IMG/VR virus record: IMGVR_UViG_3300027736_000054
Location: 1-57,563 of that record
Strand: one strand, 5' to 3'
Length of the DNA: 57,563 bases
Source of the DNA: a virus
Lineage: Duplodnaviria > Caudoviricetes
Shown: positions 1 to 6,652 of the stretch, piece after piece
How the letters are laid out: every line of letters starts with the position of its first letter
Numbering within the stretch: position 1 is the first letter of the stretch
Program-made: the position numbers and the translations under genes
The notes under the pieces: generated by a model
The model's database searches: none
What the model was told of the DNA's origin: nothing
The model's input: the letters and a program-made list of their open reading frames with translations, nothing else

Positions 1-85
1 ATATTTTCGGGTAGCAATGGAGACGCAATCCGAGATATTTTTAAGCAATACATACAAGCCGAAATGGCACACAGAGAGGAAGCAC

Positions 86-283
86 ATGAAGTGGACACCC
101 CCTAAAGGGACAAAGGTAGTTAAACCTACCTTAAAGTTGACTGATGACAAGTTTAAATACACACGAGGGTCTGATGTTCAAGCCACATGGCGTAAGTATG
201 GGTGGAAGCCTGTAACCGCCTATCAGCCCGACCCCATTGTTGCCGAGCAACTCCCGCCACTAAAGATATACCGAGCCAAATGA
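86..283 (+). CDS. hypothetical phage protein
   Basis: ORF 17..283. The more likely start is ATG at 86 (MKWTPP), after GAGGA. Its stop overlaps the next ATG (ATGA at 280-283). Confidence 0.6.
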   Translation: MKWTPPKGTKVVKPTLKLTDDKFKYTRGSDVQATWRKYGWKPVTAYQPDPIVAEQLPPLKIYRAK

Positions 284-501
284 GAAAAAAACCAATACAA
301 CGACCCGCCACTTCAGTTTTTTCCCTGTTCCTCATGGAAGACAAGGATGGTAATGTTACCATCCGCTCAGACTATGTTGGACAGGGAGAGAACTCCTTTG
401 ATATCGGCATGGATATCCTTCATGGATTGAAAATCTTAGAGTCCATGAATCGTAGTGCAGTCCGAGTCGAAGAATGTTTCCTATCCTCTTACCATCAGTA
501 G
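280..501 (+). CDS. hypothetical phage protein
   Basis: 3' part of ORF 202..501; the ATG at 280 overlaps the upstream stop. Confidence 0.55.
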   Translation: MRKKPIQRPATSVFSLFLMEDKDGNVTIRSDYVGQGENSFDIGMDILHGLKILESMNRSAVRVEECFLSSYHQ

Positions 502-1311
502 TTTGTTTATGGTTTGGGTGAATTTAAATAGCCCAACCCTTTGATGGAAATCGTTAGCATCCTCACCGACTTTTTCGCTTATCCAATAAGTCATGCCAAT
601 TTGCTTCGCAATTCTCTCGCCAGTACCGCTATCGTCATTGTCTGCAATCACATACCCCTTGCCAACCCTTTGAGCAACCTTCAATAAGTTACCTGCCGAG
701 AAACATACATGGATGACATACTGCCTCTTCAAACTTTTAAGCGCATATCTAAGTGACAAAGCAGTAGCGTACCCCTCGCAAAAGAAGTTAACCCCCTTAT
801 TGTCAAATACAAATGTAGCATCCGATGTTCTCTGACCAAACAGAAATTTCTTGCTACCATCCTCATCAATAGTCTGCAATCCAACAACCTCGCCATCCAC
901 ACGCATAGGAATTAGCAAGGTCTTTTTTCCATCCTTGGCTATCACATTACCTATCTCATCAGGAAATCCTTTGCTCAAAAAATACTGGTGGTGAGCAAGG
1001 ACTGATTCTTTAATCATCCGAATGGCTTTTTCTTTGGCCTCAATTTGCCGTTTCTTTTTCTCATCATCCGCCTTAGATGCCATCCGAGCAATCTTGGACA
1101 GGTCTATATCGGTTACTTTGTCTGACTTCCATACGGATACTTCGGTTTCGGTGGCGTGGTTCTGCACAAAAGCATGAGTCCCCATGAACTTGACCGCACC
1201 ATTCCTTTTGTTTAAGTGGTCGGTAGTGTGGTAACGTTTCCATTGTCCGATGGGTGGCGGGTGGTCAATCAGGATTCCGTGAGCCTGACAAAAAAGTAAA
1301 AACTCCATCAA
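481..1311 (-). CDS. Toprim-domain DNA primase-like protein
   Basis: Toprim motifs CEGYATA, IADNDDSG and DANDF; coupled to the helicase gene. Confidence 0.85.
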   Translation of the reverse strand: MMEFLLFCQAHGILIDHPPPIGQWKRYHTTDHLNKRNGAVKFMGTHAFVQNHATETEVSVWKSDKVTDIDLSKIARMASKADDEKKKRQIEAKEKAIRMIKESVLAHHQYFLSKGFPDEIGNVIAKDGKKTLLIPMRVDGEVVGLQTIDEDGSKKFLFGQRTSDATFVFDNKGVNFFCEGYATALSLRYALKSLKRQYVIHVCFSAGNLLKVAQRVGKGYVIADNDDSGTGERIAKQIGMTYWISEKVGEDANDFHQRVGLFKFTQTINKLLMVRG

Positions 1312-2783
1312 CGACCCCGTTTAATCTTTCTGATATAGGCTTTAATCCGAGCATCAATAAACTTCATTAACTCTGGACTGGGCGTTTCAATATGGTTACT
1401 CAAACCTCTTGGCCATACTCCAAACTTTTCTTTGTAGGTGTGTGCTGCCCGACCACTCGCCCATCCGTTGTGCGCTACATACCATTGCAACTGCGACCAC
1501 CAAGCCTGCTTATTTTCTCTCGCCATCGTGCCAGTTAACTCTTCTAAACTGCCCGCCTCAACAACCACCTTGTTCTTTCTTTCCCGTACATGACCACAGT
1601 TAGCACAAGTATCGGAACTGGGAGGCCACAAATGCTCACAAACTGGACACTTTGCCTCCTCTTTTTCTTTGTCGGTGGGTTCTTTCTTGGCCTTCTCTTT
1701 GCCATCATCCAATTCTTTTACGCCATTCTCATATACATCTTCCCAATCCGCTCGAAATCTGAGGTAGTTACCCGAATGGTCTAACCATAACGCATATTCT
1801 TTGCCGTCTGCTTTACGCATCACCCGCCCCATCTGTTGGATGTGACTAGATAAAGACTTGCTAAATGGTCTGGCAGACACACCAATCATCACATCAGGAA
1901 CGTCAAAACCCTTAGTTAGTATGTCCGTGGCTATCAGCCCATGAATCTCGGTGTCAGGCTTTGCAAAATCCTCAATAACATCTCGCTTGAACTCGTCATC
2001 ATCCTTATAACTGACCGATATAAAGTTAAATCCTTGCTCTGCAAACTTGCGAGACAAGTCTGACCCATGCTCAACACCCGAACAAAATATGATTGTCTTT
2101 CGTGGTCGTCCAAACACTTCGTGCGTCTTCTTAATCCACTCGGTAACGATGTCGCCAGTTATCTTCATGCCCCGCTTGGTGGTTTCAAGTTGATTCCACT
2201 CACCCGCAACCTTCTTAACCCCGCTCATGTCAATCTCTTTAGAGATAAACACCCGCAATGGGACTAGGAAATTGCCATCAACCAAATCTTTGGTGGTCAC
2301 AGTAGAGATTACGTTGCTATAAGTCTTCGCCAATCCCTTGGTAAATGGTGTGGCGGTCAACCCGATTACCCTGATGTCAGGATTGTTCTTAATAAAGTCC
2401 ATTGTCTGCCGTCTGGTCTGATGGGCTTCGTCCACAATCAACAGGTTCAGACCCGGAAATTCCCCTCGTTTCTCTAACGTCTGAGCAGAGCAAACTTGGA
2501 TGTGTTCATAGGGTCTGTACCGCCAATGCCCCGACTGAAGAACGCCGTGGTCTATGTCGTAGTTATTCAACCGTTGACTGGTTTGGTCGCACAAAACAAT
2601 CCTGTCAAGAATCATGGCTGCTTTATTGCCCTTCTTCCTGACGGCATCCAACAAAGCAATAGCCATCTCAGTCTTGCCTGCACCAGTAGGTGCGTACAAT
2701 ATTTGAGAACGATTGCCCATAGCAAATCCATTTCGGAGCGCTTCTAGCGTATCCGATTGGTACTGTCTCAGTTCCAACCCCAT
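1308..2783 (-). CDS. superfamily 2 DNA helicase (RadD/YejH-like) with C-terminal Zn ribbon
   Basis: Walker A APTGAGKT, DEAH box, TAT motif III, QQMGRVMR motif VI, CPVC..CANC. Confidence 0.92.
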   Translation of the reverse strand: MGLELRQYQSDTLEALRNGFAMGNRSQILYAPTGAGKTEMAIALLDAVRKKGNKAAMILDRIVLCDQTSQRLNNYDIDHGVLQSGHWRYRPYEHIQVCSAQTLEKRGEFPGLNLLIVDEAHQTRRQTMDFIKNNPDIRVIGLTATPFTKGLAKTYSNVISTVTTKDLVDGNFLVPLRVFISKEIDMSGVKKVAGEWNQLETTKRGMKITGDIVTEWIKKTHEVFGRPRKTIIFCSGVEHGSDLSRKFAEQGFNFISVSYKDDDEFKRDVIEDFAKPDTEIHGLIATDILTKGFDVPDVMIGVSARPFSKSLSSHIQQMGRVMRKADGKEYALWLDHSGNYLRFRADWEDVYENGVKELDDGKEKAKKEPTDKEKEEAKCPVCEHLWPPSSDTCANCGHVRERKNKVVVEAGSLEELTGTMARENKQAWWSQLQWYVAHNGWASGRAAHTYKEKFGVWPRGLSNHIETPSPELMKFIDARIKAYIRKIKRGR

Positions 2784-2795
2784 AAAACTCTCCAG

Positions 2796-3611
2796 TTATT
2801 CGTACTTCTTCAGCTTCTTCTGCAACATGGCAACTTGTCGTTTAAGTTGGGCGTTTTCTGACTGGAATGTGTCTCGACTTCTGGTAACTGCTACCAATTC
2901 TATTTTTGTCAACCGCATCTCTTCCTTCAATTCGGTTATCAAATCTTTGGCCATGTCTTTATCTTCTGTCGTTCCATCAATAGAAGCAATAGCTAACTGT
3001 TCTTTCAGTTTGTCGTTCTCTGCCAACAAAGTATCAACCATTACATCGGCCTCGCTTACCTCGTCCCCTTTTATTTCTGGTGGTAACGTTTCCATTGGTG
3101 TGCGCTTGTTGACTGTACGCTCCCTGACGCTTCCTTTGTTGTCCTGATATTTGCGTGTTTCTTCGTGCGGGCTCTCTAAAGACGCTCTAAGTTTGCCAAC
3201 AAACGGATGGCTGACACCGCAATGCCGTGCTATCTCTCGGTCACTCCACTTCGACCACTCCGAATCTTGGAGCATATCTAAAACTATCTTTCGCTTATCC
3301 TCTGCCGTAGGTCGCAACCCGTGGGCCATGTTTGCTTTGTAACTGTAGAGTTTGGCATCTCGCAAAGTGCCAGCAATAACATCTGCCAATATACCTGCCT
3401 TGTCTAACTTTAGGTGAGCAAAGTAGCGGTGGAAACCATCCGCCAAATAGTGGTGGATGCCATCATTAAAAACTATGACTGGAGGAAACTTTGCCCCCTC
3501 TTCCATCTGTCTTGCGTAATCATCTACTGTCTCTTGGTTAATCTCCGCTCTTGGCTGTGTGCCTGCGTTTATTGTGATTATTTTTATGTTTAACATTTGA
3601 TTCTCTTTCAT
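2796..3611 (-). CDS. ParB-like protein (ParB/Srx N-domain, HTH, coiled coil)
   Basis: LADGFHR ParB box; HTH-like WSDREIARHCGVSHPFV; C-terminal coiled coil. Confidence 0.8.
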   Translation of the reverse strand: MKENQMLNIKIITINAGTQPRAEINQETVDDYARQMEEGAKFPPVIVFNDGIHHYLADGFHRYFAHLKLDKAGILADVIAGTLRDAKLYSYKANMAHGLRPTAEDKRKIVLDMLQDSEWSKWSDREIARHCGVSHPFVGKLRASLESPHEETRKYQDNKGSVRERTVNKRTPMETLPPEIKGDEVSEADVMVDTLLAENDKLKEQLAIASIDGTTEDKDMAKDLITELKEEMRLTKIELVAVTRSRDTFQSENAQLKRQVAMLQKKLKKYE

Positions 3612-3760
3612 AGTTGATTTTCTCCCATTAACCAGCCTGCTCTAAAAGCAACCCACTGGTTTTGGATTCTTGGTTTGTCGTATCGCCTTCCGTTCCATCC
3701 CAATTCTGTATAGCCCTTAGAAGCCATCCACAATTCAAATTTCTCTTTTACTTTTTCCAC
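3608..3760 (-). CDS. small hypothetical protein (50 aa, not in ORF track)
   Basis: GTG start, MEKVKEKFELWMASKGY...QWVAFRAGW; the stop overlaps the ParB-like ATG. Confidence 0.6.
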   Translation of the reverse strand: MEKVKEKFELWMASKGYTELGWNGRRYDKPRIQNQWVAFRAGWLMGENQL

Positions 3761-3910
3761 GGTTGTTCCTTTTTATATACGTCATCATAAGCCGCCCAAT
3801 GTAGCAACCAACCCCACGATAGGGTCATGCAATGTTGTCTAGCTTTTGGAGTCATCTTATGCCGATGAGGCAAATAGTAGGTCATCTTTGCCCTCTTTAA
3901 ACATTCTGAT

Positions 3911-4111
3911 TTAATCATTTTTTTCCAACTTTTTGTTTCTCATAATGTTTGTTCGCTCAATCCTTTCATCCTGCATTTTGTATGGAGACACAATTACCTC
4001 TTCCGTTGTAAAGTAGTGTCCGTTTTTACACTCTCTGCGCCTGCGATACCGAACTTCAGTTTCCCTCGCCTCTTTCACAATGGATTTAGCACCGCATATT
4101 TGGCATTTCAT
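3911..4111 (-). CDS. NrdR N-terminal-like zinc-ribbon protein
   Basis: MKCQICG...RRRRECKNGHYFTTEE matches the NrdR Zn-ribbon pattern (CxxC...RRRECxxCxxRFTTxE); no ATP cone. Confidence 0.75.
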   Translation of the reverse strand: MKCQICGAKSIVKEARETEVRYRRRRECKNGHYFTTEEVIVSPYKMQDERIERTNIMRNKKLEKND

Positions 4112-4163
4112 TTCTTATCCTTTGGGTCAGGCGGAGTTAATATTCTTATTGGAAAAGGCCATG

Positions 4164-4448
4164 TCATGTGTTCTTCTCCTTGAGTTTGGCTTCAATGGCA
4201 TCTGCAAACCTCACCCAAAACGGCTTGCTGTCAACAATCTGTTTGACTTGGTCATAAATAAAAGATTGCTCATCATCCGTCAGCCCTACCCATTTAAGTT
4301 TCACGCCAGAGAGTTTCATGTCTGTTCGCATCAGGTCGTTTAGCAACTGCTCGTCACAGTCAGCCCAGTTTTCGGGGTAAGTCTGCTTAAATATGTCAAG
4401 CGCATCCCATGCTCTGCGTAACACTTCGATTACTTGGTCTTGTGTCAT
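4164..4448 (-). CDS. hypothetical phage protein
   Basis: 94-aa ORF in a run of overlapping small minus-strand genes. Confidence 0.7.
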   Translation of the reverse strand: MTQDQVIEVLRRAWDALDIFKQTYPENWADCDEQLLNDLMRTDMKLSGVKLKWVGLTDDEQSFIYDQVKQIVDSKPFWVRFADAIEAKLKEKNT

Positions 4449-4609
4449 TCGTCATCCTCCATGTTTAAACTTTCCGTTATCAGTTGTTGCTTGACCAGCT
4501 CCAACACGCCAATGACGCTACATATGTACAGCGATTCGTCATACTTGTGGATGACTGCAAGCAGTTCATCAACCAATCCGTTTGCCAGTTTGCCTTGGTC
4601 AAGAATCAT
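4445..4609 (-). CDS. small hypothetical protein (54 aa, not in ORF track)
   Basis: MILDQGKLANGLVDELLAVIHKYDES...; ATGA overlaps at both ends. Confidence 0.65.
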   Translation of the reverse strand: MILDQGKLANGLVDELLAVIHKYDESLYICSVIGVLELVKQQLITESLNMEDDE

Positions 4610-4824
4610 TTTTGTTCTCCTGTTCTTGCTCTGATTGCATCAGCAATGATTTCAGAGTAGTTACGCTCAAGCCCGTTAGCGTATTCGTCAGCCACCTTTG
4701 CACACGCCTCACGCTCACGCTCTGCAACCAATTTGGCAAAGGCTATGAAATAGTCACGTTCTTCTTTTTTAATAACTCCACCAAATGATTGGCAAGCCAT
4801 CTCTATGATTTCATCTTGTGTCAT
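4606..4824 (-). CDS. hypothetical phage protein
   Basis: 72-aa ORF with the AEREREACAKVAD...IADAIRAR motif common in small phage genes. Confidence 0.7.
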   Translation of the reverse strand: MTQDEIIEMACQSFGGVIKKEERDYFIAFAKLVAEREREACAKVADEYANGLERNYSEIIADAIRARTGEQK

Positions 4825-5060
4825 GTTTTCATAGCCCTCACAAATATTTGAAAAGATGCAACAGTATCCACACCAAACGAATGAGTGAATGTTTCAAACT
4901 CTCGTGCAACTTCTTCAATCACCTCGTTGCGCATATCGTCATGTAACTTTTTCTCGGCAATAGCTCGCATTTTCATTTCTTCATCAAACGCTTTCTTTAC
5001 TCTGTTCATGCTCTCAATATGCTTGAACGCATCATCTTCATCATCACACATCATGCTCAT
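4821..5060 (-). CDS. hypothetical phage protein
   Basis: 3' part of ORF 4821..5114; likely start MSMMCDDED at 5060. Confidence 0.6.
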   Translation of the reverse strand: MSMMCDDEDDAFKHIESMNRVKKAFDEEMKMRAIAEKKLHDDMRNEVIEEVAREFETFTHSFGVDTVASFQIFVRAMKT

Positions 5061-5193
5061 CTTCATCCTCCTCACACTTCTCACACCCAATATGGTCTGG
5101 GTCACGACAGTCATGCTCCATTCTCCTAAAGGATTGATAGCTTGAGTACCACTCCTCTTGTCTCATCTCCCGTATATCTTCTTCGTAAAGCAT
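5044..5193 (-). CDS. small Cys/His protein (49 aa, not in ORF track)
   Basis: MLYEEDIREM...HDCRDPDHIGCEKCEEDED; GGAG upstream. Confidence 0.55.
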   Translation of the reverse strand: MLYEEDIREMRQEEWYSSYQSFRRMEHDCRDPDHIGCEKCEEDEDEHDV

Positions 5194-5300
5194 CAATCTT
5201 TCTCCTGAAAAACAGCCAAGGCCGCAAACAAAATAACAATGGCAACAATTGCTATTGCCGCCCCCAAAAACAAAACAAACCAGATTACGAATATTTCCAC
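5193..5300 (-). CDS. single-TM microprotein (35 aa)
   Basis: MEIFVIWFVLFLGAAIAIVAIVILFAALAVFQEKD; GTG start after GGGGG; coupled to its neighbours. Confidence 0.5.
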   Translation of the reverse strand: MEIFVIWFVLFLGAAIAIVAIVILFAALAVFQEKD

Positions 5301-5301
5301 T

Positions 5302-5391
5302 TCAGTCCCCCCTAAAGAAGTAAATTACCCCCATCACTATCACCACCGCTATCAAAGTACCTAATACCAACATCAATAATTTCATTACCAT
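5302..5391 (-). CDS. single-TM microprotein (29 aa)
   Basis: MVMKLLMLVLGTLIAVVIVMGVIYFFRGD; AAGGA upstream. Confidence 0.45.
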   Translation of the reverse strand: MVMKLLMLVLGTLIAVVIVMGVIYFFRGD

Positions 5392-5482
5392 TTGTGCATC
5401 CTTTTGCACAATTGTACACTATTTTACATTATATTACCAGTTAGCTAGGGAAAACACCTACCAGTTATGTTAAAATTTAAAT

Positions 5483-5658
5483 TTATTTACGGTAGCTAAT
5501 TGTTTTGTTGCCTTTTCTTTTGTTGCATGGCCCGCATAGAGGCTGTAGATTTTCAATATTAAGCGCCAGTTCAGGATAAAACTTTCTAGGTTTTATGTGG
5601 TCTATGTTTATTGGGTGCTGTCTTGAATTTTCTTTTCCGCAACATAAACTTTACACCC
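5483..5658 (-). pseudogene. frameshifted/truncated HNH endonuclease remnant
   Basis: The minus frame reads LCCGKENSRQHPINIDHIKPRKFYPELALNIENLQPLCGPCNKRKGNK (DH...N...CxxCN). There is no in-frame start; an upstream G-C-K lies 1 nt out of frame. Confidence 0.65.
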
Positions 5659-5659
5659 T

Positions 5660-6141
5660 TGGTGGACGAGAGATGCTTTGTGGCAAGACTCTGCCTACAG
5701 GGGAGCGAATCCCCTTTCGGCATATTTCCACACCCTCGGAGCCACGTTTAGTCTCCATGTGGGGTAACATCAATCTACCTTGTGTTACCTTTAGATGCTT
5801 TCCACTGCGTAGCAATGTCTAGCTCGGCCATCTAACCCTATGCCGCCACCCGCAGACTGAACCACGGACACCATAGGAACTCCCCCGATTGCGCCTTGCA
5901 TCTTCTTTGCGCTCTCGCTTTAGACTAGAACGTTGTAGGGGCGGTGGACTGCGCACTACGCCTTACGGCTTCCTACGCTTCCCTCATGCCACCCCAAAAC
6001 CCGATAGATATCTAAAACATAGATGCGTAGGGGACAATAAAAAAGCCGCTTACTACTGCCCTCGGTAGGAACCCTACGGATTAAACCAAGGGCAAGGGCA
6101 TGAGTAAACGGCTTTAAAACCTGTCGCTTCCTACGGCAACA
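5660..6141 (-). ncRNA. candidate structured non-coding RNA / leader
   Basis: No credible ORF; lies downstream of a consensus promoter; several hairpins (6042-6054 pairs with 6103-6115; AGGGGA-TTCGC-TCCCCT near 5700). Confidence 0.45.
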
Positions 6142-6147
6142 GTTCCG

Positions 6148-6175
6148 ATTATACAGATATTTTAATCGGTGTCAA
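6148..6175 (-). promoter_or_regulatory. sigma70-type promoter (leftward)
   Basis: TTGACA (6175-6170), 16-bp spacer, TATAAT (6153-6148); overlapped by the inverted repeat CCGATTA..TAATCGG (6145-6169). Confidence 0.8.
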
Positions 6176-6196
6176 ATACGACACGATGTCGCTTTT

Positions 6197-6225
6197 AAAA
6201 AAAAAGTGGGGCCACATGACCCCAC
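6197..6225 (-). terminator. intrinsic terminator after the VRR-NUC-like gene
   Basis: GTGGGGTC-ATGT-GGCCCCAC hairpin followed by T9 on the minus strand. Confidence 0.75.
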
Positions 6226-6274
6226 AATCCTATTACTAGGAGAACTATGAAGCGGCAACTGCGCCGCACCTCTA

Positions 6275-6562
6275 TCATACACAGTTTTTTAGCAATGCCA
6301 ATGCCTCATCTACGTTATTAACTACGGCCAACATACCGCCTTCCCAATTATCAAAAAAATTTTTCTCTGCTGGTGTTAGCGTTCTAGCCGATGGCGGTTT
6401 GTTTCCGTCTTTAATTTCAAGCAATAAGGTAAAACCCCTATAGCCCACTAATAAATCAGGTATGCCATCGCCCTGACTAATTATGCGTACATAAGCACCA
6501 CACGCCCGTAACGCATTAACTATTTCATTTTGGTTCTCATCAATCCTGTTGGCTCTTCTCAT
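6275..6562 (-). CDS. VRR-NUC-like / Holliday junction resolvase-like PD-(D/E)XK nuclease
   Basis: MRRANRIDENQ...GIPDLLVG...LLEIKDG...LTPAE. True start is at 6562; the listed N-terminal extension runs into the promoter and array. Confidence 0.8.
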   Translation of the reverse strand: MRRANRIDENQNEIVNALRACGAYVRIISQGDGIPDLLVGYRGFTLLLEIKDGNKPPSARTLTPAEKNFFDNWEGGMLAVVNNVDEALALLKNCV

Positions 6563-6608
6563 GGTAACGTTTCCATCATAAGTATTTGTAGCAGTTATAA
6601 CATACCTA

Positions 6609-6637
6609 TTGACAACACACAATAAACCAGTTATAAT
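6609..6637 (+). promoter_or_regulatory. perfect sigma70 consensus promoter upstream of the GGY-NN array
   Basis: TTGACA 6609-6614, 17-bp spacer, TATAAT 6632-6637; the pentamer tract begins ~16 nt downstream. Confidence 0.9.
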
Positions 6638-6652
6638 CCCATCACTTAGACC

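Noticed and set aside
5658-5740. tRNA gene suggested by a minus-strand ...TCCACCA end
   Set aside because: I could not build a cloverleaf with a properly placed T-arm; retained only as part of the candidate ncRNA.
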